NCBI RefSeq assembly: GCF_032062105.1
Contig: NW_026928122.1
Span: 62,001 to 126,000 of the forward strand
Source: Saccostrea cucullata
Lineage: Eukaryota
Direction: 5' to 3'
Length of the DNA stretch: 64,000 nucleotides
This document shows positions 26,502 through 37,300 of this stretch, piece by piece. The notes beneath the pieces are model-generated. The model was not told the origin of the DNA and did no database searches. It worked only from the letters and a program-made list of their open reading frames with translations. The position numbers and the translations under genes were made by a program. Position 1 is the first letter of the stretch. The number at the start of each line of letters is the position of its first letter.

Positions 26502-27140
26502 TCGTCGTCACGGTAGCTCAGTGGTTCTCAGCGCTTGCTCGGAGATCAGAAGATGTTCGAATCACGGCCATGACTGACCTCAGTCGAAAAACTAGAGGTA
26601 CTGTGAGCAATGAGCAATGATACCCCGCCTCCCATATGAATGTAATGGCATGTCTTGCTATGGGAAACCCAAAATATTTGTCGGATCAAAAAGTAAAATA
26701 GGAGGTGCACAATAACATTATGTAATATAGATTCTGTGAAAGTCTTATCAATTTTCACTCGGTGGTATAAGAGGAGTTGCGGATAAGAGATGGGTACTCC
26801 AAAGCGTACCAGACGGATGGAAGTACAGACAGACGGACATTCCGATTACTATATACCCTCCCGATTTTTAAGCGGGGGTACAAAAATGGGTAGTAACTGC
26901 TCTTTGCAAAACACGCGGCGCTTTGAAGTGAAAGCTGCCGGTACTTCAGATGAGACCCTAAAAGCCGAGGCCCCGTGTCGCGGTAGGTATTGGCACGGTA
27001 AATATCCCTCACTGCTCAGTGGCCTTGAGTACCGAGTAAAAGCTGTAAATATAACCCTTCACTGGTGTAAGTGATGTCTCTATATGAGTGAAAAAATCTC
27101 GAATGAGACAAAAAAATAACATACAATCATTCATTCAGTC
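26502..27140 (+). mobile_element. tRNA-head SINE of a second subfamily, split by a HINE insertion
   Basis: A box tagctcagtgg and B box gttcgaatc at 26513-26563. The body resumes at about 26886 with the core gatgagacc..aagccgaggccccgtgtc and a (TTCA)n tail. Confidence 0.7.
26591..26885 (-). mobile_element. HINE/Helentron-like family A, compact complete copy
   Basis: aCTAGaggtactgtgagc at one end, subTIRs ataccccgc / gcgggggta, hairpin cccg-attttt-aagcggg and a GACG microsatellite. Inserted in an A/T run. Confidence 0.75.
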
Positions 27141-27819
27141 TATTCATGTATTTGTTCCGATTTTCTGAACCTAACTTAACTATATAGAGCTACACATAAC
27201 CAACAGTGAAACATTTCTGTCGTTAGATAATTTTTTTTATTTTAATACTAATAAATGGAAGTAAAAAAATCATTCTAGGAAATTAAAAAATAAGTTTAAA
27301 CAGAATAGGAATTAATATGAATAGCAGTTGCTGTTTTAAAAATATACCTGCTTGATATATTGATATATGGAAACAAATTTAAAATATACCCAGAAGTATA
27401 CTTCAGATTATATTTTCAGCATTTTTTTGATACAAAACAGTATACTCTGTATGTCCTTTTTCGTCTGTATTCCATATATAGTATACGTACATTTAACTTC
27501 CTCAATATCAGCGCCCTATACATATACTGATAACACTAACAGCTTTATGTCTAAATACAGCAGTTCGGGGCACACTGGAATAATGCTCTTGACCGGGATA
27601 CCGGGATAAAATTAGTAACATTTTAATATCTGTCATAAATATAGTAACTCTATTGTAAATACTTGTATGCATCATCGGTCAGGTTTATATATGTTAAACT
27701 GAAACAGGGAGTCACAATCTGAACTTTTATTATTTATACGAGGATGGACCCATCAGCAGGACCTTTTAACCTTTTGTATACTAGTATTTTCTTGCCAATC
27801 CATATTCTTTAACACTTTT

Positions 27820-28360
27820 TTATGCTTCCGTCAATCAGAGATTAAGGTGACATATATCATTTTTTGGTCTAATAATCTGAAAAAACTTAAATCTTGGCTA
27901 TAACTTTTCAATGGTTGATGCTAGTGCTGTTTTATTTTACAAGTGTTCATGTGACCAGACCTTTTATTGGGTACCAACATTTTTAAATTTGGCTTACTTT
28001 TGAAAAAAAAACTTTAACATTGGCCATAACTTTTGAATGGTGAATGGTGGGTGTTAGGTCTTTAGTTTATCATAAGTGTGTGTCTTGTGCCAAGACCTTC
28101 CTTTGCATACCAACATTTTGACCTTGCCTATAACTTTTCAAGGCTTTCATATTTTACTTATGCATTCCTTTGTTACAGTACATTTATGTTCGCATTACAC
28201 TGACCTTAAACTTTGATCTTTTTTGGAAAATATTAACCTTGGCCATTTTTCAGAATGGTAAGTGCCACTGTTTTTATATGTATTTCTTGTTATAAGACCT
28301 TTCATTGGGTATCATTATTTTTTAAATATACTTTTGACCTTGAAATTCGACCTACCTTAA
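27820..28360 (+). mobile_element. Degenerate HINE-like repeat
   Basis: Repeated ttggccataacttttgaatggt...caagacctt...gggtaccaacatttt units. Confidence 0.5.
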
Positions 28361-29663
28361 ATCTTGGCATTGAGCTGCTATACGAGGTATCATATTTCAC
28401 AAACACGCCTTGTTTTCTAAGAATAAATCTCATACAATTTAATAAAGCAACGATTAAATTGGGATTAAACACCATATGCTTTTATATGAAAGCATACTTG
28501 ACAATGGTGTACGGTATCTCGGTTAAACTTTGCAAAATGAAAAAAAAAATTAATTAACTTCGAAGTCGATTATCAATACCAAGATGGAATGAATGGTTTG
28601 CAAAACTGATGGTAAAAATAAAACAACACATCAAAAGAGAAGACCTGATAGAAATATTTTGAGAGTGATAGAATGACAATAATTGTTGTTACCTTAACTC
28701 ACATTTTATCACATTTGAATTACGTATGATGGGAGCCTCAGATATAATGTGCCATCTGTCTGTTTTATTAACAGTGCATATAGGTTGTCTCGAGGTTGGG
28801 TCTTATCTGAATTGACCAATTTCTTGTAAACCGTTCAATCTGGTTCTCACCGGTCAGACTCTGACCGAAAGAAGACTGTCCTTTCCTCATATTAGTATCA
28901 CCCTGTTACTTAATTCTATTTAATATAAGATAATAAAAGCTATTCCCATGTTAATGGAATTTTTTGTCTTGATACAGTCTTCTTTTTGAGAGCGTTACTG
29001 GATAAACAACAATCTTTGATAAACAACGTCTCCAGAATTTGATGAAAAATTCTACAATTTCTGAAGTGGTTTTATTATCAAAAAGTATTCCCATGCGAAA
29101 TGCAATATAATATGGAGAAATATTGATTATCTCTTACATTGATAGAAACAAATCCGTTACATTCAGCAATACTCAGCAAGAAATAGTCATTTTAATCAGC
29201 AGGGGAGAATGGTGTCTCAATATCATCTTTTCCATTTTTTTTCTTCTCAAGGTGGTATTTTTTATTTACCAGATAAAAGTGAATAATAAAAATTACAATG
29301 TAATATATATATTCTTTGCATGTATAGTGTCCCTGACCTTTACTAAAATTTGATTTTTTTTTTCAATTAAAATTTGTATAAATTCAAAGCATTAATAAAA
29401 TTTTCATTCGATTGTAGTAGTTATTAGCTACAATTAATATGTACAAAAACATTGAAATAAAAAAAAAAGAGTGACCAAACTATTGCATTGAGATGCAAAA
29501 TTTTATTAGTTTGGTTGATCTGAAAATAGATTAGAAAAAAAAAATACAATATCAATTCTGGAGAAAAATGTATTCAAGACCTTTGCAAACTGTAGTTCTG
29601 TAACCTTGACCTTTGCAAACTGTAGCTTATGGCAGTATTAATTATTTATACGGAAAATTGTTA

Positions 29664-30145
29664 TTATAACCCCGCCTGAAAAGTGGGAGAGTATATAGTG
29701 ATCGGTATGTCCGTCCGACTGTACGTCCGTCCCTCCATCTGTCACGCTTAGGGGAACCCATCTCTTATCCGCAACTCGTCTTATACCACTGAACAAATAT
29801 TTTTACTTTAACAAAATAGTTGTTACATATTGCCATTGTGCACCTACTTTTTTACTTCTTTATCGGACACATATTTTTGGTTTCCCATAGCAAAACGTGA
29901 GCGCTGTCATTCTTTCCAATGGGTACCCATTTCAAGATTATCTGCAACTCCTCCTATACCACTGAATAAGATTTAATGATACTTTCACAGATTCTTTATT
30001 GCATAATGCCATTGTGCACCTAGTACTTCACTTTTTGATTTTACACTTATTTTGAGTCTCCAAGAGCTAAACATGGACTTATTATAATCATGAGATGTGT
30101 GCATGTGGTATTATTTCGAGAGCTCATTGCTCAGAGTACCTCTAG
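29664..30145 (+). mobile_element. HINE/Helentron-like family A copy with two internal units
   Basis: 5' ataaccccgc..gtggg, GTCC microsatellite and 3' gagctcattgctcagagtacctCTAG. Confidence 0.75.
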
Positions 30146-30428
30146 TTTTTATTTGTGTCCAAATGCATCAATGTAGAAATTAAGAAGTGGACCGTTTAAA
30201 AAAAATATATCAATTTTTGCGATATATATTCGGTTTGATATAATTGATAAAATGTTGATAGGTTTTTGTCCATTTCTAAGGTAATTCTTTCAAATGTTTT
30301 AAAATAAACAGTAAACCTTGGATAGATTAATAATTAATTAATTATATGTTATCCTAGATGCGAACACACCCAAACGTTGGTCTCTTGGTGACTGCCTTGG
30401 CAAGAAAAACCTTCTTATATCGAAGGTT

Positions 30429-32317
30429 ACCCATCTCAAGATTATCCGCAACTCCTCCTATACCACTGAATAAAAGAGGGTGTTGCAGAAACTCGCGATT
30501 ATTCCCTATATATCGAGAAAGACATTTAAATACCCTCGTTATGTCTAAATATAGATACAGCTACGTAGAGGACTATGTTTACGGTGGGTATTTCCTGCTT
30601 GATACAGCAAAACACTTTCGTCATTTTTCACGAAAGAGGTTGGAACAACAAAAAGCACAGTGGCTAAAGCAGCATTTTGAAAGATATACTGTAGACATCG
30701 TGCGAAAATATTTTTTCATGAAATAAAACTGCGTCCCATAATCACACTGTTGGTTTTACGTCCAAGACATTTTATTTGTTTCATATAAAATTTTGGCTAC
30801 TAGCTAAGATCGAGACCAAAATTGCAATAACTACAGTTTGTAAAATTTAAAAAAGAAAATATTTTATTTAAACAATACATTAACTTTATTTTCCAAGACA
30901 AAACAAATAAAGCATTAGTTTTAAGTCAAAGCATATCAAGGAAAACAATTTAATCCTGCATTTTAAATATAAAAATTAGTTATTACTCAATTAACGTCTT
31001 GATATATATATCAATCTCCTACCTCTCTTTAAAAATATGCGTAATTTCATTGCACTGAAATTACATATGGAAAAAAAAATGCAAAAATGATCTATACCAG
31101 GATTCGAACCCATTCTCTGGTAAAAGTACTAGGTGGAAGCCCACCAGCTTATCCACTGAACCATTTCGGACACGATGCTTCTTTGGTGTTATTTAAAGTT
31201 CAGATTTTGCATTTCGTTTGGAAAATAATTTTTATTCAATTTTTGCTTTTTTCAAAAATGTGCCTCTTTGAAACAAAAATCGGAAATGGCAGTTTTGAAG
31301 AAAATTCCTGCCTCTTTGTGTATATATCAAAATTATTTTGTTTCAAGGAGGCACTTTTTCAGAACAATGGGGATTCCCTATCTAAACAACGGAAAATCTT
31401 ATATATTTTGCCGTAAGATTAATTTTCACATCATTTACTGGCGAAATGAAAGTCAATACACACCTTCCAAATATTGTTTCTCCTTGTGCTTTATATATTG
31501 TTGCATTTGAAAAAAATTAATATTAGTTTCTGCAACAAAAAAAATCTTCTTTTAATCTGCTACACATTTAGGGAAAATAACAAAAGAACTGCAACTCCCT
31601 CTTTAATGATAACTTAACAGATTCATTATTGCATAATGTCATTGTGCACCTAATACTTTACTTTTTGATTTTACACTTATTTCGAGTCTCCCAGAGCTAA
31701 ACATGGACTTTGCCAGTATAATATATGAGGTGGGGTGTTATTAAGAGAGCTCATTGCTAAGAGTACCTCTAGTTTTTATTTGTTTCCACATGCATCAATC
31801 TAGTGGACTGTTTAAAAAAAGTATAATTTTTTGCGATGTATATATTCGGTTTGATATAAAACATACTAAGCAATCACATCCAAATCGATTTCAAAATTTA
31901 GGTTTATGTAATAATATTTCTAAGTCATTCAACAATGTTTTTCTTTCACTGAATAGTCAGTTTAATCAATTTTGAATAACAAGATAAGATGATATCTGCT
32001 GGTACATGATGGCGTCATTGGTTATTTGTAATAGTAGCCATGGCCGTCACTAAGTTCCTGGTGATACAGGAGAAGATCTGGCTGATACTTCAGCCCCAAG
32101 AGATTATTTATTAATTGATAAAATGTTGAAAGGTTTTTGTGCATTTTAAGGTCATTTTTCAAATGTTTTAAAATAAACAGCAATACATTTGATAGATTAA
32201 TAATTAATTATGTTATCAAATATGAATATATTTTATTTTAGCTTTTTTTATGATGGGAGGTAGCGAACACACCCAAACGCTGGTCTCTTGGTGACTGCCT
32301 TGGCAAGAAAAACCTTC
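30429..32317 (+). repeat. Tandem duplicate of 29925-30414 (family A 3' end plus flank), expanded by an inserted transposon
   Basis: Colinear shared blocks, including gtacctctagtttttatttgt, tattcggtttgatataa and gcgaacacacccaaacg.tggtctcttggtgactgccttggcaagaaaaaccttc. Confidence 0.8.
30475..31602. mobile_element. Non-autonomous DNA transposon, Kolobok-like (TTAA target, 5'-RR...YY-3' ends)
   Basis: TIRs AGAGGGTGTTGCAG / CTGCAACTCCCTCT (13 of 14 match), flanked by TAAA and TTAA. The empty site is visible in the paralogous copy at about 29960-29980. Confidence 0.7.
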
Positions 32318-34149
32318 AAGTGTTAAGCCGATTCAAAACAAACCTTACAAGAAAAATAATTATTAAAAAAAGTATTTTACATTCATAGCAATTTTGTAAT
32401 AATCCATTTCTATGTTTAGGAATTATAATTAAGTCACTTTAATAAATGCCAAATGTACATTTGCAAATATGTTTTTCCTTTCTATCGTGTCAAGGTAAAT
32501 CACTTTCAATATTCCAATTTCTTGTACATTTAAAAAAAAGACCTTTTTCCTAGAAAAAAAAACGTACATACAGACACAAATCAATATAGATACGATTTGA
32601 TTTTAATTCTTATAAAATTATTCTTGTATTTTTATTTATACACAAGTGCCATAAATAGTATTTAGCTTATTTGCAAAACTATGCTTGATTTACATGTAGA
32701 TATTCGTACATTAATATTTTGCAGGAAATAAAGAATGCATGATTAATCTTAAATACATGTTTGAAGATTAGATTTCTTTACTAGCTGGAGAAAAAATATA
32801 ACTTCTGACAGTTTCAATGGGTGTCGGAAACAGTTTCAAATCATACCGGTATTTAAACTTGTGATATCAAAACTATTGCACACATGCAAGGACATTAATT
32901 CCACAAGTACTTTTTAAGTAGCTCTTAAAAACTTAGGGAAAAAAATGTTTTTTGGACGAAATGAAAAAAATTTATGTCATAAAGGTGCACATTTTGGATT
33001 TATCTAAAATTCATTTTCAACGAAGTTTACTTGTCATATTTTCCCAGGTAGATGATTTAAAAGAACAAACTGTTGATGAACAGAAGCCACTCTTGTTTCC
33101 TTTATATGAAGAGACATATAAATGTTTCAATTATTCTATCCAGGTCTGATGTAATGTTAAGAATATTTTTCGCTGAATCTAAAACAAATTCTGTCATTTT
33201 CTGTAGATTTAATTTTTGTGTATTTCTTTTTAAATTAGAGGGCAAATCACTCTAACTACATCAAGCTATTTATCTTTAGAAGCTTTATTTAAAGAGAAAA
33301 AAAACCCAGAAATTACAAATCTTGATAATTAAACTAAGCGGGTTGTGATTTAATTATACTTATCAAATAAACACAGAGTACGCAACTATAACTTGATGAC
33401 CGATTATGCAGAAAACGCATCGTAAGGTCGCGCCCGATAAAAAATGGGGTTGATGAATAATATTTAGGCCTAATGTTAAATGTTCATTTTAACTTAAAAG
33501 ATTTTGTTTAAAGGGAAAAAAACTGTAACATTATGATGAACACATACATAACTGACACTTCCTTATCGTACGATTTGACTTCAGTTAAATAAAGTTATAA
33601 GAATGAGGATTTAGACTAAGAAATTATGAAAACTTACCTTGGGACACAACGGATCTTTTGTAAATATTAGATATTTTATTACAATAAATTATGTTTTTAT
33701 GCTGCCAGCTATAATCAATGATACTAAAATCAGATTAAAACACTATACTGAATTTCCTACATATTTGAATAGGAAGATGAAGATTACCTTGAAACATATA
33801 TAATGTTACTTAAAAGAATTTCCAGAGCGTAGGTGAACATGGGTTTTCTTATTTTAAAATAATTAACAGTGCTTAATGCTCTGCTTTCAGAAAAACTATT
33901 TTTCATTTACACTCTTTAAAGGCATCTTTTAATTAAAAGCGAGATGCAGGTAGAGGTAATACTGAAAATAAAATGTACCAAGGCAATCTTGATATTTTTT
34001 TTTAAATAAATAAATATGATTATATGTACCTCTGTAAATCAAAGTAAATGTTGAATTGAATTTTAGTAAATAATTATATTCAAATCATTCCACAAGAATA
34101 AATCGATTGTTTTTATAATACAAACGTAGGTATAAAGACATATTGTAAT

Positions 34150-34318
34150 ATACACCACGTGATGAAATCAACCAATGAAAATGCTTGGAATGACGTAGAT
34201 GCGCTTTATATGCCCAAGACCTCCTTTTGTAGGTCATTTGATAGAGTGGTGCATTAAAGAGCGGCTGGTCCGCTTTATTTACAGGAATAGTGTATGTGTT
34301 TATGAGTAATTAGTAAAA
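34150..34318 (+). promoter_or_regulatory. Proximal promoter and 5' UTR of the NPAS4-like gene
   Basis: E-box CACGTG at 34156, CCAAT at 34172, CRE-like TGACGTAG at 34191 and TATA-like TTTATAT at 34205, about 110 bp before ATG 34319 (aaaATGg). Confidence 0.6.
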
Positions 34319-37300
34319 ATGGCTCCTAGTCCTGTCGAAGAGCTGGCTCTTTTGGACCTGGAAAGGTAGGTATTGGTTGTTGTAAAAGGATTTCAGGCAT
34401 TTTAGTGATGGATAGTTAGGAAAAACAGGAGAATCCTTCAAGTATGTGTTGTGTGTGTATATGTGTGCCAGGAAAAAAGTCCGCCATTGAAGAAAAAATT
34501 GTTCCATTCTTTCAGATCAAACAAAGGCGCATCAAAACAACGGCGCGACCAAATTAACAATGAGATTGGAACCATGAGGGATCTCCTGCCCCTCCCTGAG
34601 AGTTCAAGACAGCGCCTCTCTCAATTACAAATTATGTCTCTCAGTTGTGTCTTCATCAGGAAATGTAACATCTTACAGAAACGTAAGTTTACAAATGCTG
34701 TTTATTATCAATTCTCATGACATCTATTACTTTTGAAACATAAATATCTTCTTTTCTTTTTATCGATGTTTTTAGTGTAAGCGTTATCTATCTATTTTCA
34801 GTATTTAATGCCACACCCGGTGGTTCGTCGGATTCACCTTGCGATTTTTCACAGGTAATTTGATCTTAGTTTTTACCTTCATAATCCTCTTTACTTACTC
34901 AAGTTCACGTGTGAAAAGAGTGGCCTTACATTTAAAATGTATAGAATTAGTGTGGGTATTTACCTTTCTCATAAATTCAGACATTTACGTCATAGACCTT
35001 CGAGGTCAATTTTTTTTCCGCTTCGCTGAGTGATGTATGGCATTCTCCTAGGGAGATGAATTTTTAATTGCGTATACGTAACATGCAAAATACGGGAAAC
35101 AACGTACATATTAATTCAAAGGTTGACTAGGTATACGGAATAATCACTTGTTTCACATGTGTTATGTATGTGTAGGTCTCTCATGAACTTGTCCTATTTG
35201 CCTTCATAGCTACATAACAGCGAACATCTATATATAGCTTACATTGACGTCAGTGGTTAAATGGGGCCTTACAGATATAGAGGAAACGAGCTATCTATCC
35301 ACAAGAGACTTTGAAAATTACATAAAAAATGTCTAACGAGTAAAAAAAAAAAACCAGTCTGATAGATAATAAAAATCAGGTCTTCCCTCGCCCACTTGAT
35401 AAATTGTTCATTTTGCTTCGTAATATAGCATCAGAGGTGATCATAAAATTGTTATTAAATTAAATTTTGTAGTCCCTAACCGGGTTTCTGCTGGTAACAA
35501 CACGAGATGGGAAATTGGTTTACATTTCGGAGAACGTTACGGAATACTTGGGCCATTCAATGGTAAGTAATAATAAACATATTTTAACTAACACCGCACC
35601 TTGCTCTAAAACATGCTAAATGACAACTTTCTGTAAACAATATTTTGAATAAAAAAAATTGTATTTTTCAGGTTGATATGAAAACACAAGGAGACAGTCT
35701 ATTTGATATCGTGGACAAACGCGACCACGGAACAGTGCGCGCTCAACTCTTACACGGGGCCGGAGAAGTTGACCCAGACAAAGAAGTAGCCTTCTTCTGC
35801 AGAATGAACATGTCGAGAACCCTCAAGAGACAAGCTGGCTTCGGCGACGTCAAGGTAATATCTTGATTCAGTTTGTTTCTAAACACACTCTATAGCTATT
35901 CTCAGCCATTGTGGTGTTTGGTTTCACTAATGCGCTTGGAGAGTTTTCCTGTTAAACTTATGACGTCGTTTGGGGACAAAGCCGGATGTCCTCTTCACTT
36001 TATCTCTCATAAACTGTTACCTGTTTCACAAAGATATGGCAAGTTGCCAGGTTAAACTTTGGAAGCAATCCAGTATAACGTTTATCGATCAATGCGCAAC
36101 TGAATGGGTCACACATAATAAAAACCCCTCAAAGAGCCCATTTATTGTAATTTTATAGCCCACCACTTTAGACGTAAAGAGATCTACTGTAATAGTGAAG
36201 TGTGCAACTTGAATGCGCGCTTTGCATAGCTCTATCGATTTTTCCCCCGTTTGTCTAGGTTTAAAAAAAAAATTGCGCTAGCGCAGGCATTTTTAATAAG
36301 TTAACCAATACATCTGAAAATTAGTATAAAAAACTATGGCATATTTTTGGACTACTGCCAAACTATAGCCTCGGGGAACGGACAAGAGAATGTATTGGTA
36401 TGATTAATGATAGTTTCCGGTAACAAATGTACCTTGTCATTGCGTTTATTGCAAACGTTCCGGACCACTGCTTTCTCATTATCATATTTCCCAACGAGAC
36501 GCCTTATTTTACCGTATATGTATTATTTTTTTAAGAAAATGAACCTGTAAGGTTCATAAGATTAATAAGTGTGACGCATAAGATGTATATGGATTTTCAT
36601 CATCTAAAGTTATGCCTGCGGGGAATCTTAACCACAAAGGTGTAACAGTGTAACACAGGTAGAAAAATAAGATTTTGTAGCCAAGGTGACTAACCACATT
36701 TGCATTTACGCACCTGTTGAACACTTGAAAAACGAATAGTAGCAATTTAGTGAATTGTAAAAGACACTTAAGTTGTGTGTTAAAATTGTATATAGGACGT
36801 CATAAGCCAAAAACATAAAACAGAACATATGCTTCTGATAAGATTAGAGGGTTGGGGTGCCGCATTACATGAGAAAGAACACATGTTGTAGGAAAAAAGA
36901 CCGTGGGAATTAACAATTTTTGATTATTTTTTTTTCATTAGGTGATGCATGTGAAGGGACACTTTGCTACTGTACCAGGGCAGGACCCCGGTACCGAACA
37001 ACAGGTGTTCATGGCAGTGTGCTCCCCTCTCATCACACCAGACATCAAAGAAAGCCTCATCCAGAACAACACTATGGTTTTCAAGAGTGTACATCAACTC
37101 GACATGAATTTCATCGAGTTAACCGAGAACGGAGAATACCATCTTGGGGTTTCCAATGATGAAGTCTGCAACAAATCATGGTACTCTTATCTGCATCCCG
37201 AAGACATTTACGAAGCAAGAGAGAAACATGTGCAACGTAAGTTCATTATTTTCTCATTCTTCAGTTACATTATAGCATTCCGTTGTTTCATGTTGGTATG

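Noticed and set aside
30358-30726. 122-aa ORF as a transposase
   Set aside because: It spans a duplication and transposon junction and has no DDE or other recognisable motif.
17000-34100. Many 60-120-aa ORFs in the long intron and elsewhere
   Set aside because: AT-biased composition, frequent overlap with repeats, no domains and no consistent splice structure.
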